Origin: Candidatus Aenigmatarchaeota archaeon
Lineage (GTDB): Archaea; Aenigmatarchaeota; Aenigmatarchaeia; JACPZZ01
NCBI GenBank assembly: GCA_016177205.1
Contig: JACOVS010000023.1
Span: 1-34,276, forward strand
Length of the DNA: 34,276 bases
Direction of reading: 5' to 3'
Part shown: positions 8,947 through 17,134 of the stretch, piece by piece
Numbering within the stretch: position 1 is the stretch's first letter
How the letters are laid out: every line of letters starts with the position of its first letter
Program-made: the position numbers and the translations under genes
The notes under the pieces: generated by a model
The model's input: only the letters and a program-made list of their open reading frames with translations
The model's database searches: none
Told to the model about the DNA's origin: nothing

Positions 8947-10428
8947 ATGAAAGAGTGGGCAACTATGAACTTCGAGACCATGATGAACCTGTTCTCACGG
9001 CGGGGAATTTTGTTCCCGTCATCGGAGATATACGACAACCACCCGTCCGGTTTCTGGGATTACGGCCCCTACGGCGCGGCTGTGAAAAGGAAGCTTTCCG
9101 AACTGTGGCGCCGTGAAGTAATAATCCGGGCCAACATGATCGAAATAGACGGCTCCATATGCATGGACGCCGACGTCTTTCGCGCATCGGGCCACCTGGA
9201 AGGCTTTGCGGACCCGCTGGTGGAATGTTCCAAATGCGGCGCGATATTCCGCGCTGACAAGCTGATTGAAGAGGTTACAAAAGAAAAAGCGCCGGAAGGG
9301 ATGTCCGCGGAAAAATTCGATTCGTTGATAACAAAGCATAAAATAAAATGCACAAGCTGCAAAAGCCAGCTGGGTGCAACGCGCAAGTTTAACATGATGT
9401 TTAAGGTGAGCATCGGCGCATCAAAGCCGCAGGACGCTTACCTGCGTCCGGAGACGTGCCAGTCCATATTCGCCGGCTTCCCGCGCCTGGTAAAGGTCAT
9501 GAAAAAACCGCTGCCGCTGGGAATAGCGCAGATAGGGCGTTCATTCAGGAACGAAATATCGCCCAGGAACGCGGTTATCAGGGCGCGCGAGTTTACGCAG
9601 GCCGAGGCTGAGATATTTTTCGACCCTGGCAAAACCGAAGTCGAAAATTTCGAAGAAATTGGAAATTACAAGCTTAACCTGAAATCGGAAGGGGACAGCA
9701 GGGATTATTCTCCGGTTTCGGCAAAGGACGCGGTCGGCAGGAAAATTATGTCTAAACTCGCGGCTTACTACCTTTCCATAATGCAGCAGTTTTTGGTAAA
9801 GTGCGGCATACCGCTCGAAAAAATAAGGAACCGCGAACTCGGTAACGAAGAGCGGGCTTTCTACGCAAAAGAATCCTGGGACACGGAGATAAAGACTTCC
9901 CTAGGCTGGGTAGAGGTTGTTGCGAACAACAATCGGACCGATTATGACATGGCGGCCCACGGAAAAATTTCCGGCAAGGACGTGACTGTTGTCAACCCGG
10001 AAACGAACGAAAAGTTCATTCCCCATATATGGGAAATATCGATGGGTTTGGACAGGCTGTTTTACTGCGTAATGGAGACATCCTATAAAAAAGACGGCGA
10101 ACGCGTCTACCTTTCGCTGCCTCCGTACCTGGCGCCGTACAGCGTTGCCGTATTCCCGTTGATCAACAAAGAGGGCATGCCTGCGAAGGCCGCCGGCATC
10201 GCGGCAAAGATACGAGAGGCAGGTATAGACGTAGACATTGAAACAAAGGACTCGATAGGAAAGCGTTACGCGCGCGCCGACGAGATCGGTATTCCTTTCT
10301 GTGTGACTATAGACAGCCAGACGCTTGAAGACGGCTCCGTAACAATACGCGAAAGGGACACAAAAGAACAGAAAAGGTACAAAATCGGCAGCATGGAAGA
10401 AAGCCTCAGGAAAATGGTGGGCAAGTGA
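8947..10428 (+). CDS. glyS: Glycyl-tRNA synthetase (alpha2 archaeal/eukaryotic type)
   Basis: RRGILFPSSEIYDN..GFWDYGPYG N-terminus, class II motifs (GRSFRNEISPR, REFTQAEAEIF), and a C-terminal anticodon-binding domain (VAVFPL...GKRYARADEIGIPFCVTID). The start could instead be the ATG at 8965. Confidence 0.88.
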   Translation: MKEWATMNFETMMNLFSRRGILFPSSEIYDNHPSGFWDYGPYGAAVKRKLSELWRREVIIRANMIEIDGSICMDADVFRASGHLEGFADPLVECSKCGAIFRADKLIEEVTKEKAPEGMSAEKFDSLITKHKIKCTSCKSQLGATRKFNMMFKVSIGASKPQDAYLRPETCQSIFAGFPRLVKVMKKPLPLGIAQIGRSFRNEISPRNAVIRAREFTQAEAEIFFDPGKTEVENFEEIGNYKLNLKSEGDSRDYSPVSAKDAVGRKIMSKLAAYYLSIMQQFLVKCGIPLEKIRNRELGNEERAFYAKESWDTEIKTSLGWVEVVANNNRTDYDMAAHGKISGKDVTVVNPETNEKFIPHIWEISMGLDRLFYCVMETSYKKDGERVYLSLPPYLAPYSVAVFPLINKEGMPAKAAGIAAKIREAGIDVDIETKDSIGKRYARADEIGIPFCVTIDSQTLEDGSVTIRERDTKEQKRYKIGSMEESLRKMVGK

Positions 10429-10429
10429 T

Positions 10430-10855
10430 ATGCGAATAACCATATGCGGAAGCATCAGTTTCATAAACGAAATGAACACGATAAGATCCGGCCTGGAAAA
10501 ATTTGGGCACGAGATTTTGGTACCGGAGTCCGCAAAATTGAACCAGACAAAGGAATTCTGGGACGGCCTGAGGACAAGGGAGCCGGAAAAGTTTGCTTCC
10601 CTAAAGCGCGAAAGGATGAAAGGCCATTTTGACAAGGTCAAGAAGTCCGACGCTATCCTTGTGTTAAACTATGACAAGAACGGAAAAAGGAACTACATAG
10701 GCCCCAGTACTTTTCTGGAAATGGGTATAGCCGTGGAGTTCGGTAAAAAAATATTTGTATTGAATGGCATTGCCCCGGATGACCCGAAGACAGAAGAGCT
10801 TGAAGCCATGGGTGTGGTTTGCTTGGACGGCAAGATAGAAAACATAGGCAGCTAG
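10430..10855 (+). CDS. Nucleoside 2-deoxyribosyltransferase-like superfamily protein
   Basis: 141 aa with the pattern ICGSISF...ILVP...SDAILVLNY...YIGPSTFLEMGIAVEFGKKIF, typical of the flavodoxin-like fold of NDT/DNPH1-like proteins. Assigned by motif recognition only. Confidence 0.5.
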   Translation: MRITICGSISFINEMNTIRSGLEKFGHEILVPESAKLNQTKEFWDGLRTREPEKFASLKRERMKGHFDKVKKSDAILVLNYDKNGKRNYIGPSTFLEMGIAVEFGKKIFVLNGIAPDDPKTEELEAMGVVCLDGKIENIGS

Positions 10856-11949
10856 GCCCTTTTGCCGAGCTTCTTCTTAATTTCCCGCGTAAGCTTGTCC
10901 AAAACGTCCCGCGTAACCCTACCCAGATCCCAGTCCACTGAGGTTGCGTAGAAGTTTCCGTCCGAGGCCTTGACCCGCGCCTTCACCTCGTATTTCGCCT
11001 TTTCCCGGCTTTCCTGTTTCCTGTGCTCCTTGAAGTCCATTACAATGGATATTATCTCGGTCAAGTTTTCCATCCTGGGCATCGCTTTTCTCGAAACCGT
11101 TTCCACGATGTATTTTTTGTCTATGTAGTTGCCGGACAGGCCTGTCACAACAAGCTCCGTCGACTGCAACTGAGGGCGCGCCATCAAGCCCAGGATGCAC
11201 TTCGGCGTAATTATCCCCACAGGCTCCTTGCCCCTTACCACTATAACCGAGGACACATTGTTCGTCTTCATCACGCCGATCACGTCATTGAGCCTGTGGT
11301 CGGGATTTACGGTATACACCCTGTCCTGCATCAGCGTCTCTATTTTAACGTCGCCCATTTTGTTTCCGGTCGCGTCCCCCTTGCGCCCTCCTCTCGTCCA
11401 GCTCTTTGTGGGCAGCACGAAATCCAATAAATCTATCGTAGATAGAATGCCCGCGAGCCTTCCCTGGCCGTCGATAACCGGCAGCCTGTTTATTTTGTGG
11501 TTTATTATCTTCCTTCTCGCGTCAACCGCCGACTCTCCGACCTTCGACACGTATTTTATGGGCCGCATGACATCTTCGGCCTTCCGGCCGTTTTCAACCG
11601 TTCCGAGCACATCCATCTCTGAAACTACGCCAACCAGCTTGCCGCGTTCCAAAACAGGCAGGTCTCTCGACCCGGAAAGCATGAATATCCCCACTACCCG
11701 TTCCACGGCATCGTCCTTTTGCAGCGTGGGGGAAACGAACATAAGCTTCGACACCTTTTCGTCAAGCTTAACGGATCTTTCAACCAGCGCCCGCGGGCTT
11801 AACATGCCTACGGGCTTGCCGTCTCTCAGGACGACCAGTTCGTGCACGCGGTTGTTCTTTACAGTGTTAATCGCGTCAGAAACCGTTGAGTCGTAGTCTA
11901 TGGAAACAGGGTCTTCTGTCATAATGTCTTCTGCTTTCATGTTATCCAA
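10852..11949 (-). CDS. Four-CBS-domain protein with a C-terminal HPF/RaiA-like (S30AE-like) domain
   Basis: Four CBS repeats are recognisable in residues 1-260. The C-terminal roughly 100 aa (LVVTGLSGNYIDKKYIVETVSRKA...KYEVKARVKASDGNFYATSVDWDLGRVTRDVLDKLTREIKKKLGK) aligns by eye with bacterial HPF. Confidence 0.7.
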   Translation of the reverse strand: MDNMKAEDIMTEDPVSIDYDSTVSDAINTVKNNRVHELVVLRDGKPVGMLSPRALVERSVKLDEKVSKLMFVSPTLQKDDAVERVVGIFMLSGSRDLPVLERGKLVGVVSEMDVLGTVENGRKAEDVMRPIKYVSKVGESAVDARRKIINHKINRLPVIDGQGRLAGILSTIDLLDFVLPTKSWTRGGRKGDATGNKMGDVKIETLMQDRVYTVNPDHRLNDVIGVMKTNNVSSVIVVRGKEPVGIITPKCILGLMARPQLQSTELVVTGLSGNYIDKKYIVETVSRKAMPRMENLTEIISIVMDFKEHRKQESREKAKYEVKARVKASDGNFYATSVDWDLGRVTRDVLDKLTREIKKKLGKRA

Positions 11950-11955
11950 AACACC

Positions 11956-12561
11956 TTAGGGTTTTATTCTTAATATCTGATAATACGTCACGTCGTTTTC
12001 CTGGTCTACAACGGCCCACAGCATTTTCGCACGTATGTTATGCGCTAATCTTACTGCGCGTGACAATTCCGGAAATGAGCAGGTGTAATCCTCTGCGACA
12101 GCGTGCACTATCCACTTCGTGTGTTCATGCGCCTCTTTGGGCCCGCGCTTGATCTTTACGCCCCGTTCGTAAACGCGGAAATGGCACCCGAATTTGTAGC
12201 CTGTTTTTATGGTCAGCCCGCGCTCGCGCAAGTCCTTGTAAACGACATAGGTGGTGTGTATCTCCCTGTCTGTTTCGTTCGCAGTTTTCAGCAGGTCCTC
12301 AAATCCGATTTTCTTGTCCCTGCCCGTAACCACAAGTTTTCCCTTGTCAACAAGGTACAGAGCCTCGACAAATGACAGTTCAAGCCGGTTCTCCGCAAAT
12401 TTTCCGTAGCCGCGCTCGAAAAATTCGTTTAGCAGTGGGCCGGAAAAAACAAGGACGCGGTTTTCCACAAGTTCGCCTTTCAGCGGCTCGTTTTTTCCCA
12501 ACTCTGCGAAGCCCTTATCCTCGGCATAATTGTTCTCTTCCATTTCTTTGTCCTTTGCCAT
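11956..12561 (-). CDS. endA: tRNA-splicing endonuclease, single-unit (alpha-like) form
   Basis: YKDLRERGLTIKTGYKFGCHFRVYERG...HTKWIVHAV...RLAHNIRAKMLWAVVD matches the EndA catalytic domain. The start is taken at MAKDKEME (ATG at 12561). The ORF-track extension to 12627 runs into the repeat array. Confidence 0.8.
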   Translation of the reverse strand: MAKDKEMEENNYAEDKGFAELGKNEPLKGELVENRVLVFSGPLLNEFFERGYGKFAENRLELSFVEALYLVDKGKLVVTGRDKKIGFEDLLKTANETDREIHTTYVVYKDLRERGLTIKTGYKFGCHFRVYERGVKIKRGPKEAHEHTKWIVHAVAEDYTCSFPELSRAVRLAHNIRAKMLWAVVDQENDVTYYQILRIKP

Positions 12562-12600
12562 ACAGCCAGCCTCAATGAATATTCCAGATTCGACATAAAA

Positions 12601-12754
12601 AGAAGCATATCGCGGAAACTGAAACATACCGCTATAAACTGAAGCATATCGATACAGTATACGATATGCTTCTAGCTTGCCGGTATGTTTCTAGCAACGT
12701 ATGCTTCAGTCGTAGCAACTAGAAACATATGCATACAAACAGCATATGTTTCAG
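12601..12754. repeat. Array of eight copies of a 12-14 nt motif (CGRTATGYTTCWAG) forming nested inverted repeats
   Basis: Copies lie at 12601-12612, 12619-12631 and 12639-12651 (reverse orientation), 12662-12675, 12681-12694 and 12698-12709 (forward), then 12719-12732 (reverse) and 12742-12754 (forward). Perfect 11-bp inverted repeats: 12641-12651/12662-12672, 12621-12631/12681-12691, 12722-12732/12742-12752. Confidence 0.8.
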
Positions 12755-12761
12755 TCAACAG

Positions 12762-12835
12762 TGGGTTCGGAGGGATTTGAACCCCCAACAGCACGGGCTT
12801 CAGCCGTGTACTCTCCCGGATTGAGCTACGAACCC
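12762..12835 (-). tRNA. tRNA-Phe (GAA), no intron, CCA not encoded
   Basis: Minus-strand sequence GGGTTCG TA GCTC AATCCGGGA GAGT A CACGG CTGAAGC CCGTG CTGTT GGGGG TTCAAAT CCCTC CGAACCC A folds as a canonical 74-nt cloverleaf with anticodon GAA. Confidence 0.9.
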
Positions 12836-12899
12836 GTCGTAACTGACGCATATACAATTGGTATGCATATGCGCCGGTCTACTCATCTGTTTCTATTAA

Positions 12900-14165
12900 C
12901 TAGCCTTTATTAATGTCCGTGCAAACGCCTGCGGCTATGGTCATCCCACCTTCGCGTAGCGCAAAGCGCGACAATTGCGGGATCAAGGAAGATTTTTCAA
13001 TAACCACGGGGACAAGCGGTTGTAATTTAATTATCGCCGCCTCACCGGTTTTTACAAGCTTGGGGTTTTTATCGGTTTCCTGGCCGGAGGCAGGGTCTAT
13101 CTTGGCAATGATATCTGTTATTTTTACCGGAACGTCCGCTGTGTGGACAAACATCGACGGGACATGCCCCTTAGCTATGCCGTTCGGATGATCCAAAACA
13201 ACAATCTTTGCCTCTATCCAGCCATTTTGGCCGACAACAGTCGGTGGGTTTGCGGGCGTTCCCATCACGTCGCCGCGTTTAATCTGTTTGCTGTCTACGC
13301 CCTTGATGTTGAAGCCTATGTTGTCGCCCGGCCGGGCCTCGGCCATTTGCCTGTGGTGCATTTCAATGGATTTGACCTCGCCCTTTGCGCCGGACGGTTC
13401 AAAAATTACGGTGTCTCCGGTCTTCAGCCTGCCTGTTTCTACCCGGCCGATCGGAACAACACCAATGCCCTTGATGCTGTAAACCTTGTCAACAGGCATT
13501 CGAAGCGGTTTATCCGTCGGCTTTTCCGGTTCCTTTAGTTTATCCAACGCCTCAAACAGCGTCGGCCCGGAAAACCATTCCAGTTTCTGCGACTTTTTAA
13601 CCACATTGTCGCCGGCGTAAGCGGAAACCGGTACGAAGGTTATGTTTTGGTAGCCGACAAGTTTTGCAAGCCTTTCAATCTCGCTTTTTATTTTGTCGAA
13701 TTTGCCCCCCGCATATCCAACTTTGTCCATTTTGTTTACAGCAACAACCAACTGGTCTATTCCCAGCGTCCTTGTAAGGAACAGGTGCTCCTTGGTCTGC
13801 TGCTGCAGGCCTGCGTCTACATCAACAACCAATACGGCAGCGTCGGCGTCGCTCGCCCCGGTTATCATGTTTTTTATGAAATCGCGGTGCCCCGGCGCGT
13901 CTATGATAGTAATATGGTTTTTTGGCGTCTCTATCTCTTTCCAGTTGATGTCTATCGTAACGCCTCTCTTGCGCTCTTCTTTGGTGACGTCCATGACGAA
14001 GGCGAATTCAAAAGTTTCCTTGCCGACCTCTTTCGCAATCGCTTTTAATTTGTTCATCTCGTCTTCGCGTATTTTTCCGGAGTCGTAAAGAATTCGTCCG
14101 ACTAAGGTTGATTTGCCGTGGTCGACGTGCCCGACGAAAACAACGTTGATGTGGGGTTTGGCCAT
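12900..14165 (-). CDS. tuf: Translation elongation factor EF-1alpha
   Basis: GHVDHGKST (G1), DAPGHRDF (G3), NKMD (G4); 421 aa from MAKPHINV (ATG at 14165). Confidence 0.9.
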   Translation of the reverse strand: MAKPHINVVFVGHVDHGKSTLVGRILYDSGKIREDEMNKLKAIAKEVGKETFEFAFVMDVTKEERKRGVTIDINWKEIETPKNHITIIDAPGHRDFIKNMITGASDADAAVLVVDVDAGLQQQTKEHLFLTRTLGIDQLVVAVNKMDKVGYAGGKFDKIKSEIERLAKLVGYQNITFVPVSAYAGDNVVKKSQKLEWFSGPTLFEALDKLKEPEKPTDKPLRMPVDKVYSIKGIGVVPIGRVETGRLKTGDTVIFEPSGAKGEVKSIEMHHRQMAEARPGDNIGFNIKGVDSKQIKRGDVMGTPANPPTVVGQNGWIEAKIVVLDHPNGIAKGHVPSMFVHTADVPVKITDIIAKIDPASGQETDKNPKLVKTGEAAIIKLQPLVPVVIEKSSLIPQLSRFALREGGMTIAAGVCTDINKG

Positions 14166-14210
14166 AAAGGTCAAGAAATATTATGACATAAGCCGTTTAA
14201 ATCCGAGCGG

Positions 14211-14816
14211 TCAGAGGTAGCCCTTGGATTTAACCGACCCCAAAACGCTGAAGGCCGCCTCGCCCGCTTCCCGGATACTTCCGCCAACGTAAACTTCCCC
14301 GTGGTCGCGCATGACGACACAACCAGAGCCGGATGCGGACCTGAAAGATTCCAGAACCTCGTTCGCAAGGTCAACTGTCCCGTAAGGCTGGAACCGTTTT
14401 GTAACAGCCAGGCCAAGGGCTTCGGCGTTGTTGGTTATGGCTGCGCACTCTCCGTGAAAGACCGCTTTAACGCCGGGAAATTCCCTGTACACCGCTTCAT
14501 GAAGCATGGCCTCCGAGGCCGGAACACGGTTTCCTACCGCATACACTTTATTTGCGACAGTGTCCACTCTGGTGATCCGTACAAAATCCTCTATTGTAAG
14601 GTCGTTGAACGGTATTGCGCTTGGCGTTATTACGAAGCCATCGTCCGCGCGAAAACTCAGGTTGCCCCCTTTCTTTATTCTCGGGTCTGGCACAAGCCCG
14701 GCCCGCTGGAATTCCCTTGACCAGAACAGCAACTCCCTGACCTTTTCGCTGTTACCCACATTGCCGGGCCCGAAGACCGTTTCAAATTTGGCATAGTGCG
14801 GCTGGTTTGGTTGCAT
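14211..14816 (-). CDS. Class II aldolase/adducin-domain protein
   Basis: GGNLSFRADDGFVITPSAIPF, PASEAMLHEAVY and AVFHGE motifs are typical of the fuculose-1-phosphate aldolase / MTRu-1-P dehydratase fold. The ATG at 14816 is preferred because a TATA box abuts the upstream ATG at 14831. Confidence 0.65.
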   Translation of the reverse strand: MQPNQPHYAKFETVFGPGNVGNSEKVRELLFWSREFQRAGLVPDPRIKKGGNLSFRADDGFVITPSAIPFNDLTIEDFVRITRVDTVANKVYAVGNRVPASEAMLHEAVYREFPGVKAVFHGECAAITNNAEALGLAVTKRFQPYGTVDLANEVLESFRSASGSGCVVMRDHGEVYVGGSIREAGEAAFSVLGSVKSKGYL

Positions 14817-14831
14817 ACAAAACACCCTCAT

Positions 14832-14845
14832 ATTAAATTTAAATA
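14832..14845 (-). promoter_or_regulatory. TATA-like box (minus strand TATTTAAATTTAAT) about 23 nt upstream of the ATG at 14816
   Basis: Read directly in the sequence. The spacing fits a leaderless archaeal transcript. Confidence 0.4.
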
Positions 14846-14867
14846 CGCTATTCGAAAAACGGGCAAA

Positions 14868-15278
14868 TCAATACGGCCACGGGTGGCTTATTATCTCGTT
14901 TATGTCCTTAATTTCGTATTCGCCCTTCAGGTTGGCCATGATAACTTTTATCGTGGCGCCGCCTTTCCTGTAGCTTTCGTAAATTAACTGCTTGCAGACG
15001 CCGCACGGGTGGCAGTACTTTTCCTTGTCAGAGTCTTCTGTTGAAACGCACGCGATCGCAGTTATTTTATGTTCGCCATGCGCCGCCGCATGCGCCAACG
15101 CAGCTTGTTCGGCGTGCAGTGTAAGCGTATACGTTTCCGAAAAATACTGGCCCGAACTGTATATGTTCCCGCTTTCCGTAAGGACAGCAGCCCCGAATCT
15201 TGTAGAACTTGCGCCGCAATATGCGTTCTTTAACGCAGCAATAGCGGCAGCCACAAGGTCGTCGTACAAACCTTTCAT
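14868..15278 (-). CDS. cdd: Cytidine/deoxycytidylate deaminase family protein
   Basis: Zinc-binding motifs HAEQAAL and CHPCGVCKQ; 136 aa. Confidence 0.8.
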   Translation of the reverse strand: MKGLYDDLVAAAIAALKNAYCGASSTRFGAAVLTESGNIYSSGQYFSETYTLTLHAEQAALAHAAAHGEHKITAIACVSTEDSDKEKYCHPCGVCKQLIYESYRKGGATIKVIMANLKGEYEIKDINEIISHPWPY

Positions 15279-15314
15279 AGAATAATATTAAGTTTTCGAA
15301 TAAAAAAACAAGTG

Positions 15315-15464
15315 CGCCCCAGGGTTGACTCGAACAACCGATATGCCCGTTTGCCGGTAATCCGGTAACAGTACCTCATGGTTGCCGCTCATGATTAACA
15401 GCCATGCGCTCTTTACAGACCAACACACCGACGCGTGCCTAGCGACCTACTGAGCTACCGGGGC
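15315..15464 (-). tRNA. tRNA, probably Asn (GUU), interrupted by two apparent non-canonical introns (about 30 nt in the D-loop, about 45 nt in the variable region)
   Basis: Minus strand: acceptor GCCCCGG/CTGGGGC; D-stem GCTC...GAGC separated by about 40 nt; anticodon arm CATGG-CTGTTAA-TCATG; T-arm GGTTG-TTCGAGT-CAACC; about 50 nt lie between the anticodon stem and the T-stem. Total 150 nt against a 74-nt mature size. Confidence 0.65.
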
Positions 15465-15553
15465 AACACTAGAAATTAGTTTGTTCAGCGCAAGGTTAAA
15501 TAGCTTGCAAATTCCTCGCTAAGGTATATTTACCAGAACACAATTCTTAGTTA

Positions 15554-16057
15554 ATGAAGCGTACTGGAGCAGCGCTCGCTTTAGCACTTGTTTTCTTATA
15601 TTTAACTGTGCCCGCAGCCGCAGACACGCCGGCAAGGGCGGCAAAGGAATCTGGGGGCATTTTATTCGAGTTAGGTATGTCCTCGTCTATTCCCAGGTCT
15701 TTAGACGATGTTACCATGACATTATCCCTATATAACGCGACAACAGGCAGGCTGATAACACCGGACGAGCTGCTGGTAAAAATATCGAAAACTGACACGG
15801 CGCTCTTCCCGCCCACGTCATTCAAGGCGCAGAAAGACAGCGTCGCAATATTCAGGTATACATTCCCGGAAGGCGGGAATTATGCAATAGGCTTCTCGGC
15901 ATCAAAATCGGATACAAGGGCTAATGCGACATTCGAATTTTTTGTTCAAAGGAGCGAGAACGAAACCACATCAAACCCGATTATCATAATCGTGGGGATA
16001 GTTGCCGTTATTCTGGTTCTTACCCCGTTCTTCATAAGATTCGTGAGCGGCTTTTAA
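15554..16057 (+). CDS. Secreted, C-terminally membrane-anchored protein of unknown function
   Basis: N-terminal signal peptide (MKRTGAALALALVFLYLTVPAAA), a beta-rich middle region with N-x-T/S sites, and a C-terminal TM helix (IIIIVGIVAVILVLTPFFI). Confidence 0.55.
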   Translation: MKRTGAALALALVFLYLTVPAAADTPARAAKESGGILFELGMSSSIPRSLDDVTMTLSLYNATTGRLITPDELLVKISKTDTALFPPTSFKAQKDSVAIFRYTFPEGGNYAIGFSASKSDTRANATFEFFVQRSENETTSNPIIIIVGIVAVILVLTPFFIRFVSGF

Positions 16058-17133
16058 TCCAGCCAGTCCTCGTTCTTTATTTTCTCCGGCAGATATTTGT
16101 CAGAAATAAACGATATCCCGCGCGCCGACAGCGCCTGTATTTCAGCCTTCGCCTTCCAATCCTTCATCATTTTGAATTGTCTCTGCCAGTCCTTGTTGTT
16201 CTTGAACCAGTCATAAGAACCAATTTGCTCTAGGCGTGAAAAGTCCACGTCCTTGAAATTGATGAAGTGTTTTTTAAGGTCGTATTTTTCTATGTCATCG
16301 GCTGTTATACCAAGGAATTTCGCGTTGGGAATCGAAAGCCGGTCTGAAATGTGCGCCAGGTTTATAGACCCGAATTTCAGCACGGAATAAATGTAAATTC
16401 CCCAGGGGTCAAAATCCGTAAGCACGTATATCGGCAGTTTGTACTGGGCCGAGAGTATTTGCAGCATCCTTCTTATTCCCCGGGTCGCCTGTCCTTGCGA
16501 CGATATTATTATGCAGTTCAATTTTTTCCAGACCTTGTCCTCGTTTAATCGTTCCCAAACGGCGGCTTTCTCCATGTATATGACGTATTTCGCATCGACT
16601 TTCTTGAATTTCAACTCCTCTATGTTCGAAGGTATCGACCAGCCTCCTGATCCGAGTTTAGACCAGTCAATCGTGTCCCCGGCGTCTTCTACAATTACGT
16701 TTCCTGCGACAGCGCCGAGCTTGTTCGCATTAATGTGCAATTGCTCGCGCCAGGATCCGGTTATCATCTCCAGGTCCTCAACAGCGTTGTCCGATTCCTG
16801 TTGTTCATCGACAACGTTTATCTTCGTGTTCGGGATTGTACGTTTAGCCATATAGAACACGTCTCTCAGCGAGGCGTGCTTGTTGTTATTCAACAGGTCT
16901 TTGCTTATCGCGCCGACTTCCACGGTTTGTAAGAATCTCCTAGCGTGCGCCACGTTGAAAAAGGATCTTACAAAAGTCTTGTCGCCTATTCTCAGGGTTT
17001 TGTCCTGGCGGTCGAAAACAACATTGGACAGCGCCCGCAAAGGTATTGTCATTGACGGATTTTTATCATCTTCTATGTCCTTGACTAGTTTCTTTCCCAG
17101 ATTGTCGAGTTTTTTAACCGCTTCGCCTGCCAT
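16054..17133 (-). CDS. top6A: DNA topoisomerase VI subunit A (Spo11-like)
   Basis: 359 aa with the winged-helix/5Y-CAP region (FYMAKR with the presumed catalytic Tyr) and the Toprim region (IYMEKAAVWERL, LTDFDPWGIYIY). It lies directly downstream of top6B. Confidence 0.9.
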   Translation of the reverse strand: MAGEAVKKLDNLGKKLVKDIEDDKNPSMTIPLRALSNVVFDRQDKTLRIGDKTFVRSFFNVAHARRFLQTVEVGAISKDLLNNNKHASLRDVFYMAKRTIPNTKINVVDEQQESDNAVEDLEMITGSWREQLHINANKLGAVAGNVIVEDAGDTIDWSKLGSGGWSIPSNIEELKFKKVDAKYVIYMEKAAVWERLNEDKVWKKLNCIIISSQGQATRGIRRMLQILSAQYKLPIYVLTDFDPWGIYIYSVLKFGSINLAHISDRLSIPNAKFLGITADDIEKYDLKKHFINFKDVDFSRLEQIGSYDWFKNNKDWQRQFKMMKDWKAKAEIQALSARGISFISDKYLPEKIKNEDWLD

Positions 17134-17134
17134 T

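Noticed and set aside
8329-9116. Plus-strand ORFs 8329-8766 (145 aa) and 8784-9116 (110 aa)
   Set aside because: They are Arg/Pro/Ser-rich and lack features. They overlap the minus-strand small genes and the 5' end of glyS respectively.
9901-10641. 246-aa minus-strand ORF antisense to glyS and the NDT-like gene
   Set aside because: It lies entirely inside well-supported plus-strand genes. Its sequence is Arg/Phe/Val-rich with no motifs, which is typical of a shadow ORF.
11195-11896. 233-aa plus-strand ORF antisense to the CBS-domain gene
   Set aside because: It is low-complexity and Ser/Thr/Pro-rich, and it sits opposite a gene with four clear CBS repeats.
12598-12760. CRISPR array
   Set aside because: The repeats are only 12-14 nt, occur in both orientations as nested palindromes, are separated by 5-10 nt, and have no cas genes nearby.
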